Shown: positions 1 through 7,366 of the stretch, in pieces
Layout of the letters: every line of letters begins with the position of its first letter
How positions within the stretch are numbered: the stretch's first letter is position 1
Virus record (IMG/VR): IMGVR_UViG_3300050343_000259
Strand: one strand, 5' to 3'
DNA length: 37,403 nt
From: an uncultured virus (IMG/VR IMGVR_UViG_3300050343_000259)
Lineage: Duplodnaviria; Heunggongvirae; Uroviricota; Caudoviricetes
Program-made: the position numbers and the translations under genes
Notes under the pieces: generated by a model
The model's input: only the letters and a program-made list of their open reading frames with translations
What the model was told of the DNA's origin: nothing
The model's database searches: none

Positions 1-120
1 ATATTTATTTGGAGTAGGGAATACCGGGCTTCTTTTACCTCTTGTTTGATACTCTCCGGTTTCAGGATTCAATCCTCCGTGACCTGCATCTAATATCCAA
101 TGATATTTTTTAGTATTCAT
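1..120 (-). CDS. N-acetylmuramoyl-L-alanine amidase (Amidase_3), probable endolysin; 5' part only, runs off the window
   Basis: Not in the ORF track. ATG at 120 gives MNTKKYHWILDAGHGGLNPETGEYQTRGKRSP; ILDAGHGG is the Amidase_3 first zinc-ligand motif and TxGKRSP is typical of Bacteroidota/phage amidases. Confidence 0.85.
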   Translation of the reverse strand, partial: MNTKKYHWILDAGHGGLNPETGEYQTRGKRSPVFPTPNKY

Positions 121-130
121 ATACTTATGT

Positions 131-1099
131 TTATTTAGGACCAAACGGAGGCATACCTCCTTCAGGTGCTTTAGGAAGCCCTCCAAATACCTCATTTTCA
201 TTTACTGTTTTAGGTGGAGCAAATCTATTAGGATTTTGTCCTTGATTGCCTTGAGGACTGTTTTGTACTGCATTAGAGATTCCATAATTTTGTTGTGAAT
301 CAAAATAATTTTCTGTCCCCGGATTATTATTTACATAATTCTTTATTGGGCTTTTGCTATCTCCTATACTTTCTGCAATTTTACTTGCATTAAAATATTT
401 ATTTTTAAAGTTGTCATCGTTAATAATACCCTGAGCCAATTGCTTACCAAAAACTTCATCAGAAGGAAAATGAACTCCTAAAATTATTCTTGATTTAGAG
501 CATTTATCAGCAAATTTAGTTAGCATATCTTGTTGGTCGGGATAACGAAAAGATAATATCTCTGCAAATACCCTGCTTTGTACTGTATGACCTGAAGGGT
601 ATGAAGGTGACTGAGCAGATACCGTAGGCATTGGGTTCAAAGGAAACTTATAAATATTTGCAAGTTGATAAGGTCTTATTCTATTATAATAAAATTTTAA
701 CTTCATTATAATTGGATTTATATCTTTATATAATTCTTTTACAAAACCTTCAGGATTTGAAACTCCGCATTTATATGCAGTATCAAGAAACATTCCTTCT
801 AAATCTTCATCAAATTTGATACTTAACTCCACAACTTTATCGTGTTGGAGTTTTTCCATATCTTTTTGTATATCCTTTAACTCTTTAGCGGCATAAGTAC
901 CATCATTATTTGGATAGGGTTTATCCATAAAATAATTTGCTATGTAATCAAAATCTCCTTCTTTTCTAATAAGTATATCTTGTGCTGCATTAGGATTTCC
1001 ATATGTTAGATTATTAACAGGAATTAGCCCATACTTAGTTTCAGGTGTAGAAGTATTAATTGTTTGCTGAGTTCTTTTTCTTGTTCTTGTTCTAGCCAT
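131..1099 (-). CDS. PAP2 superfamily phosphatase (acid phosphatase/haloperoxidase fold)
   Basis: All three PAP2 motifs: KFYYNRIRP (Kx6RP), SYPSGH, SRIILGVHFPSD (SRx5HxxxD); low-complexity N/P/G tail. Confidence 0.88.
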   Translation of the reverse strand: MARTRTRKRTQQTINTSTPETKYGLIPVNNLTYGNPNAAQDILIRKEGDFDYIANYFMDKPYPNNDGTYAAKELKDIQKDMEKLQHDKVVELSIKFDEDLEGMFLDTAYKCGVSNPEGFVKELYKDINPIIMKLKFYYNRIRPYQLANIYKFPLNPMPTVSAQSPSYPSGHTVQSRVFAEILSFRYPDQQDMLTKFADKCSKSRIILGVHFPSDEVFGKQLAQGIINDDNFKNKYFNASKIAESIGDSKSPIKNYVNNNPGTENYFDSQQNYGISNAVQNSPQGNQGQNPNRFAPPKTVNENEVFGGLPKAPEGGMPPFGPK

Positions 1100-1108
1100 A
1101 ATTATATA

Positions 1109-1543
1109 TTAAAAAAAGTAATCAAAAAGTGAATTTCCCTCTTGCTTAGGTTTAGACTCAGGCTCTTCTTTCAATTTTTCTTCTTCTAATCTTTTAGCTT
1201 CTGCCTGTTCTGTTCGCTTTAAATCCTCTTCTTCTTGAATTCTTTTTAGTTCTAAGGCTTCTTGTTGTAGTCTTTCTTCTTCTTTCTTTCTAGCTACGGC
1301 TTCTTGCCTTGTGGTATTCATATCTTCATAAATCTGAACACAAACTGATTTTGATAATCTTATTAATTTTTGTGTGTCAGATTCTGATACTTCAAAATCT
1401 TTGCCTTTTTTTTCTGCTCTTGATTGCTTTAAAGAAACTCCTCTATGAAAATGATTAAAATCTTTTAAATAATTTTGTGCTTCTCTTGTCAGATTTTCTT
1501 TTTGAAGTTTCTGCTCTTCCATTAAAACTTGGTGTGGGTACAT
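1109..1543 (-). CDS. Hypothetical protein with charged coiled-coil C-terminus
   Basis: 144-aa ORF tightly packed with neighbours; E/K-rich helix. Confidence 0.7.
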   Translation of the reverse strand: MYPHQVLMEEQKLQKENLTREAQNYLKDFNHFHRGVSLKQSRAEKKGKDFEVSESDTQKLIRLSKSVCVQIYEDMNTTRQEAVARKKEEERLQQEALELKRIQEEEDLKRTEQAEAKRLEEEKLKEEPESKPKQEGNSLFDYFF

Positions 1544-1565
1544 AATGTATAAGTTTAGTTAATAA

Positions 1566-2159
1566 TTAATTTTGTGCACCGGGCTTCAATCTTCCGGATG
1601 CTATGTCGGCTCTTATCTCGCCTAATTTTTTAATCAAATCTTTTATTAATTGGTCTGCATCTTTTTTATATTGTATCATTTCAACACAATTTTTAACAAT
1701 AGACTCAATATTGAATGCAATGGCTTTTTGTTCACTTTTGGTAATCTTCTGACCGGCATCAGATTTACTCTCAATAGTTTTAGCTTCATTTTTCAATGAT
1801 GTACTTGGTTTTAATGAACCATCTTTGATTGCTCTTCCTGATTTAATATTTTTTTCAGTTGTATCTTCTGCCTTTATATATCTTGCCTTCATCTCTGCTA
1901 GGATTTTATTACAATCCTCCTTAGAATATGTTCCTGCTATTTTCTTAGATTTTTTTTCTTTGGCTTTTTTGTCAGTTTCTGACTTTTTAGTTGCTTTAGC
2001 TTTTTCTTCATTCTCCAAGGCTTTAAGTGCTTCTTTAGCAGCTTTTATCCTAACCTCTACCTTATCAGCAAACTTTTTATTTCCTTTCTTTACAAAAGTA
2101 GATTTTAAGGCTTCTTGGCTCTTAATTTTCTTCTTTAATTCTTCTATTTTACTTGCCAT
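1566..2159 (-). CDS. Hypothetical Lys-rich helical protein
   Basis: 197-aa ORF; TATATTTG promoter element 20 nt upstream. Confidence 0.75.
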   Translation of the reverse strand: MASKIEELKKKIKSQEALKSTFVKKGNKKFADKVEVRIKAAKEALKALENEEKAKATKKSETDKKAKEKKSKKIAGTYSKEDCNKILAEMKARYIKAEDTTEKNIKSGRAIKDGSLKPSTSLKNEAKTIESKSDAGQKITKSEQKAIAFNIESIVKNCVEMIQYKKDADQLIKDLIKKLGEIRADIASGRLKPGAQN

Positions 2160-2178
2160 TTTCTATTGTTTTATTTTA

Positions 2179-2186
2179 CAAATATA
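2179..2186 (-). promoter_or_regulatory. Bacteroidota-type -7 promoter element (TATATTTG)
   Basis: Matches TAnnTTTG in an intergenic gap, 20 nt upstream of the ATG at 2159. Confidence 0.65.
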
Positions 2187-2234
2187 TTATTTTTTAAAAT
2201 AACTTACTACATTTGTATGGTTAATTTAATATTA

Positions 2235-3821
2235 CTACTTTAATGTTGTTAACTTCTTTAAGTTTTTATCAATCAATTTTTGTATTGACTCTGCCCTAAA
2301 TGAATTAATTCGTTTTTCATCTGATGTTACACTAGCATCTAAATTTTCTAAACTTACTTTTAATTGATTATAAAGATAGTCCAAACTAAAATTAACTTTT
2401 AGTGATTCATCTGACTTTAATTTTTTGACTTTTCCTCCTTTTTTCATACGAGATTTTGCTCTAACTCTATCTGCTTTGCCCGATGAAATAGCACCAAAGT
2501 ATCTTTTCTGTTTATCAGTTAATTTCTTTCCATTTGCAATACCATCATCTAGTATTTGTTTAGCTTTTGTAGGTGTAAGCCCTCCTTTTTTAAACTTTCC
2601 TTCGTTGTCAATATAATATAAATCTCCTTCATATTCAAAACCTATAGCTTCTTGACCCCATTTTCTAGCCCATTCTTTTACTTTAGAAACTACTTTTGCT
2701 TCATTCTTACTCCAATCCTTTTCATTAGCAAATACTGATACTTTAACTATATCTTCTTCTATTATTTCTCCTGACTGAGATTTGTAACCTCCATCTGTTT
2801 CGGTTTCAGTATATCCACCAAATTCATTAGCTACATAATTTTCCACTTCTTTGACTCTGCTTTCTAACTCCTCCTCAGATATTTTATCTCCTACATTAGA
2901 TGTAGATGGAACATAAATAACAAAATTCTTATCAAATTTAAATTCTTTTGACAAGGCACCACCTCTCTCATAAGGACTTGATACCCAAAGTTCTCCGCCT
3001 TTTTCCATCTTCAATTCCTTTTCATCTACCTTAGCTGCTTTACCTCCCATTACCGCACTATATACTCTAGCTTGAGCCCATTGCTCTTTTGATTTAACAT
3101 TAGGTCTAACACTTGATGGATTAGTTTTATAGGCTCCTATGCCTTTATTGTATATTTTTTGAATTCCTTTTTTTGAAACACCGGTATCTTCTGCTATATC
3201 CGATAATGAATTTGATGCATCTAAATCATTTCCATACTTTTTATTATATTTTTCTTTCCAAGTCTTTGCCTCTTTGGTCTTACCACCTTTTTTAAATTCA
3301 GTTGGCTTATTAGGATAACGAGCAGGAATTAAATATCTATCTCTTGTTAGTTCTCTATCAACACTATCTGCTCCGCCCCAATTAGTTTTAGAGTCTTGTA
3401 TGTATTTGTCTACTGCAACTCTTATTTCTTGTAATGAAAATCCACCATCATAGTCTTTAGCATAGATTCCTTTATTCCCATAAAAGTCATTCATATAATT
3501 TTCAAAATATTCTCTTTCACTAAAAGGTATATAGCCGCCTTCAGCAAATTCTTTTTTCTCAAATTCTTCCTCTAAAACATCCGGATTTTTACAATGATAA
3601 TTGATGTGCTCTGCATACTCATCTAAAGTTACTTTTCCATCATCATTTAAATCGAAATGTTCGTGTAATTCATCTTTAGTTATGTCGTTAGGATTTTCGG
3701 GAAAATCTTCTTCAACTTTACTGTTTTTCTTATCAAATATTTCAGCATAAGAATTATAATTGCCTTTTTCTCTTTCACTATTTCTTATAGCTAATAGTTT
3801 TTTCTTTTTTTCTCTATCCAT
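2235..3821 (-). CDS. Modular (polyvalent-like) protein with six xxxGG-delimited units: EF-hand-like loop, DUF5824-like module, DUF3574-like module
   Basis: Motifs FAEGG, FKKGG, MEKGG, YERGG, FKKGG, MKKGG; EF-hand-like DLNDDGKVTLDE; IYNKGIGAYKTNPSSVRP..WAQARVYS (DUF5824-like, from memory); FGGYT..GGY..GEIIEE..GQEAI module. Confidence 0.8.
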   Translation of the reverse strand: MDREKKKKLLAIRNSEREKGNYNSYAEIFDKKNSKVEEDFPENPNDITKDELHEHFDLNDDGKVTLDEYAEHINYHCKNPDVLEEEFEKKEFAEGGYIPFSEREYFENYMNDFYGNKGIYAKDYDGGFSLQEIRVAVDKYIQDSKTNWGGADSVDRELTRDRYLIPARYPNKPTEFKKGGKTKEAKTWKEKYNKKYGNDLDASNSLSDIAEDTGVSKKGIQKIYNKGIGAYKTNPSSVRPNVKSKEQWAQARVYSAVMGGKAAKVDEKELKMEKGGELWVSSPYERGGALSKEFKFDKNFVIYVPSTSNVGDKISEEELESRVKEVENYVANEFGGYTETETDGGYKSQSGEIIEEDIVKVSVFANEKDWSKNEAKVVSKVKEWARKWGQEAIGFEYEGDLYYIDNEGKFKKGGLTPTKAKQILDDGIANGKKLTDKQKRYFGAISSGKADRVRAKSRMKKGGKVKKLKSDESLKVNFSLDYLYNQLKVSLENLDASVTSDEKRINSFRAESIQKLIDKNLKKLTTLK

Positions 3822-3824
3822 AAC

Positions 3825-6800
3825 CTATAATACTTTTTTCATTTTTTCAATTTCTTCCATCAATTCTTTACGCAATCCCTCATCTTTTTCTTCTTTTATC
3901 ATTGATTCAAGAATATCTATTTGTTCTGCAATTTCTTTGTCAAACTTTTTTAAATCTACTTTACCACCTTTTTCATATTCTTCTGTGTAATAATCATCTT
4001 CATCAGGGTCGTATAATGTATTGCCTTCATATTTTTCAATCAAATCTTCTACTTCACTTTTAGTTAAATCATCTACATCATAATATCCCATTATCTCCGT
4101 AAATTCTATATCATCTCCTTTTATTTCAATACCTTCTTCTAAATTATTCCGGTCTACCTCCAACATAGCGAAACTTACACTCACCTCCCCATAATTATCT
4201 GTATCAAACACTCTACCACCTTTTTCAAATTGTTTATTATACTCTTCGGCTCTTTTTTCAATTTTATTTTTTATTACAATTGGAGCCTTTTCATAAGTAA
4301 TTGTTTTACCCCAATGGCTTATGTCAGCAGGAAATTCTGCTCTGTTTCCTGCATACATATCTATACTCATATTTGGCATAGTATGATGGTTCATTTCATA
4401 TACATCTCCGTGCATTACTATAGTATAATCTCCATCCAAGCCTTGATATATGTCTACTTCATTCATATCTAGCTTTCCTCCATCTTCAAGTAATCTTGCT
4501 CCACTATTGTCAGATTTAACAAAAGAACTACCAACACTTTTTCCTGAAGTAGATTTGATTTGATTTATAAACTCCTGTAATTCTGCTTCACTTAACTCAA
4601 AAGTATTTACATTCCTATTCATCATATCTGAAGCTAAGTGCCAACTTGTATTTCCTGATTTGCTTAAAATACCTTTTCCGGTAGGCAAGTGTATCTCTCC
4701 AAATTTCTTGTCACTTTGAATTCTAATTTTATCAGTTTTCTCAGTAATTGGATATACTATAAAATCTTGTGGCTTTCTCATACCTTTAACCTTTAGGTCA
4801 AAAGATGTGGTTCCCATTATATTTTTCTTATAGTTTGTTATTGGTGAATCAGTTTCTCCCCCTTTTGCATAAGGTACTGCTTTAGTTTTTCCTGCTCTTG
4901 CGAACTCTAAATCTTCTTCATCTTCCACTACACTTATATCTCCTGTATCTCCAAAATAAACATAGTCATTAATATTTATTTCTTCATCTTCTCTTAATTC
5001 ATATTTATCTCCAAAACTATCTGTTATAACTTCGCCACCTTTTTCAAATGGCTTCATTACTACTCTTTCTCCCAAAGGATAAGTATCGTTTACTCTATAA
5101 ACAGTATCAATTAGCAAGTCTTTAGGATTTTCTCCTTTTGGTCGTACTCTATCAATTTCAACTAATCCTACCCCATCTTCTTTGAATTTATTCTTTCCCC
5201 ATTCAATAGCTTCTTTTTCACTAGCAAATCTTTTAGAATCTCCATATTTTAAATTATGTCTGTGCTCTAAAGCTACTGCATTGTAGTGAGGTGTAACTCC
5301 ACCTTTTGCGTAGTAATTTTCAATTTCAATTTTTTCAACTTCTTCTAAAGGCAACATTCTCCAAGTGCTTTCATCAAAACCTTTCATTGTAGCAACAGAA
5401 TCCTTTTCGTATGAAGAACCTTGATAAATATATTTAATACCTTGATTATCATAAACAACAACATCATCCCCATTATCGAGTGCATTGTCAAATTTATCCA
5501 ATTCTTTTATAGATATTTTACCACCTTTTGCGTAGGCAGTTACCATTGGATATTCTCCTTTGTATGAGTCATCAGCTATTTCATAGAGATATTCTCCATC
5601 TTTAGATACTTCAACATACCAAGTTCTTTTAAATTTACTTTTTGCTAATTCTATAATAGATTTTGGTGTGCTATTTTTAGGAATATCAATATCTCCTAAT
5701 AAAACTGCTCCGCCTGTATCATCACCTTTAAATCCAACAACTTCTCCTTTGTAAGTTAAATTTTTGTCTATGGTACCTCCCTTTGCATAGTTTTTAGAAA
5801 TATTTCCTTTAGTTTTTATCTTAGAATAGGTTTTTCCTAAATCAATTAATTCATCATACTTTTTATTTGCCTCTTCTAATGTTGCATATTGCCAAACCTC
5901 TTGATTTTTACCCGGTCCTTGTCTGCTTATGCCATACTTATAATTTCCTTTATACTTTAATCCATCTTGATTTCTTAAAGGGTTTAGTTTTACTAAATTA
6001 AATATCCATCCATCTTCAAAGTTGGTATATCTTAACAATGGACTTATATTGGTTCTTCTTACAGAGCCACCTTTTGCATATTTATTTTTCCATTTATTAT
6101 TGGCAGTTTTTATATAATCTTCCTTGATGGCTATTTCTTCAAAATTATCATCATCAACATTATATCCGTGTTGTTCAAAATGTTCTTTCAAATCTTCATC
6201 AGTATATCTAACTCTTTGGTCATAAGTATATTTAGGGTTTTTTATTCTGCCACCCTCTGCGTAGGTAGAACCGCCTTTTGCATAATCTTTTATAGCCTTG
6301 TCTAGTGAAAGAAAAACAACATTGGCACTTGCTCTATTAAACTTTGGATTTTTGTCATCATAATCGCTATTTAAATCATTATCCTCAGACATAAAATAAA
6401 CTCTGCCGTTTTTAATATTTATTTTTACTAATGGCATTTCACCACTAACCATATTATCCGTTTGAACTCTTGCTAACATTTCTCCATCATTTAGAGGAAT
6501 ATGTGAGTAAAATTTTTCATCATAATCATCTAGTTTATACAAATAATAATCTCCAATATATTTTTTATCTATCTTGTGAGCAAAGGCTCCAAAAGATTTT
6601 TGACCATTAGATGATTTTTTGCTTTCCCAAATTTTTCTTGAAGAAGTATTATCTTTTAAGTCTGTAAATATTACTTCTCCTCCTTTTGCCATTTTCTCAA
6701 TATCTCCAATTAAATAACTTCCTTTTTCTCCTGAAAATTCTACTTGGTCTTTTTTGTTTTTTGATATGTCAGTAACTTTCATTGTAGTTCCGCTATCTTT

Positions 6801-7361
6801 TATTTTTACTTTATCACCTTCATATATAGCACCACCTTTAGCAAAGAATAAACTATTATCTACCTTGATGTCAGAGAATTTTATATTATCTAAATTTTCT
6901 TGTGAAACCTGTTTTATTTCTATTGGTTTTGTTTCAATTTGTTCTACGGTTTCTTCAAACTCTTCAGCCGGAGGAGAATCTGCACCTGATGGATTGTAGC
7001 GGCTCTCTAAATCTTGTTCTTCTACAGTTTCTACAAACTCTTCAGCCGGAGGAGAATCTGCACCTGATGGATTGTAACGGCTCTCTAAATCTTGTTCTTC
7101 TACAGTTTCTACAAACTCTTCAGCCGGAGGAGAATCTGCACCTGATGGATTGTAACGGCTCTCTAAATCTTGTTCTACAGGAGCATCAGTATTGAGTTCA
7201 CTCAAAGCCGCATTAATTTTAATTATTTCTTGAGCATTTTTATCATACATCATTTTATAATCACGGTCATCAAGGTCCTCTTCAAACATTTCTTGTTGCT
7301 CGTTTAAATCCTCTAAGATTTCTAATAAATCTTCTTCTGTTTTATTGGTGTAATCTTCCAT
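3825..7361 (-). CDS. 1178-aa modular protein with 13 (Y/F/M/L)xxGG motifs separating unrelated units; candidate polyprotein
   Basis: FAKGG, MAKGG, YAKGG x6, YAEGG, FEKGG x2, LEDGG, YEKGG; acidic N-terminus containing a 26-aa tandem repeat. Confidence 0.85.
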   Translation of the reverse strand: MEDYTNKTEEDLLEILEDLNEQQEMFEEDLDDRDYKMMYDKNAQEIIKINAALSELNTDAPVEQDLESRYNPSGADSPPAEEFVETVEEQDLESRYNPSGADSPPAEEFVETVEEQDLESRYNPSGADSPPAEEFEETVEQIETKPIEIKQVSQENLDNIKFSDIKVDNSLFFAKGGAIYEGDKVKIKDSGTTMKVTDISKNKKDQVEFSGEKGSYLIGDIEKMAKGGEVIFTDLKDNTSSRKIWESKKSSNGQKSFGAFAHKIDKKYIGDYYLYKLDDYDEKFYSHIPLNDGEMLARVQTDNMVSGEMPLVKINIKNGRVYFMSEDNDLNSDYDDKNPKFNRASANVVFLSLDKAIKDYAKGGSTYAEGGRIKNPKYTYDQRVRYTDEDLKEHFEQHGYNVDDDNFEEIAIKEDYIKTANNKWKNKYAKGGSVRRTNISPLLRYTNFEDGWIFNLVKLNPLRNQDGLKYKGNYKYGISRQGPGKNQEVWQYATLEEANKKYDELIDLGKTYSKIKTKGNISKNYAKGGTIDKNLTYKGEVVGFKGDDTGGAVLLGDIDIPKNSTPKSIIELAKSKFKRTWYVEVSKDGEYLYEIADDSYKGEYPMVTAYAKGGKISIKELDKFDNALDNGDDVVVYDNQGIKYIYQGSSYEKDSVATMKGFDESTWRMLPLEEVEKIEIENYYAKGGVTPHYNAVALEHRHNLKYGDSKRFASEKEAIEWGKNKFKEDGVGLVEIDRVRPKGENPKDLLIDTVYRVNDTYPLGERVVMKPFEKGGEVITDSFGDKYELREDEEININDYVYFGDTGDISVVEDEEDLEFARAGKTKAVPYAKGGETDSPITNYKKNIMGTTSFDLKVKGMRKPQDFIVYPITEKTDKIRIQSDKKFGEIHLPTGKGILSKSGNTSWHLASDMMNRNVNTFELSEAELQEFINQIKSTSGKSVGSSFVKSDNSGARLLEDGGKLDMNEVDIYQGLDGDYTIVMHGDVYEMNHHTMPNMSIDMYAGNRAEFPADISHWGKTITYEKAPIVIKNKIEKRAEEYNKQFEKGGRVFDTDNYGEVSVSFAMLEVDRNNLEEGIEIKGDDIEFTEIMGYYDVDDLTKSEVEDLIEKYEGNTLYDPDEDDYYTEEYEKGGKVDLKKFDKEIAEQIDILESMIKEEKDEGLRKELMEEIEKMKKVL
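6942..7175. repeat. Three near-identical 78-bp tandem repeats (EQDLESRYNPSGADSPPAEEFVETVE)
   Basis: Units start at 6942, 7020 and 7098; in-frame within 3825..7361. Confidence 0.95.
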
Positions 7362-7366
7362 ATTTT

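Noticed and set aside
3963..6845. Recurring AAAGGTGG motifs as CRISPR repeats or integron attC sites
   Set aside because: Too short, synonymous variation, irregular spacing always a multiple of 3, no palindromic attC structure and no integrase.
6942..7175. 78-bp repeats as a CRISPR array
   Set aside because: Contiguous tandem units without unique spacers, in-frame in a CDS; no cas genes.
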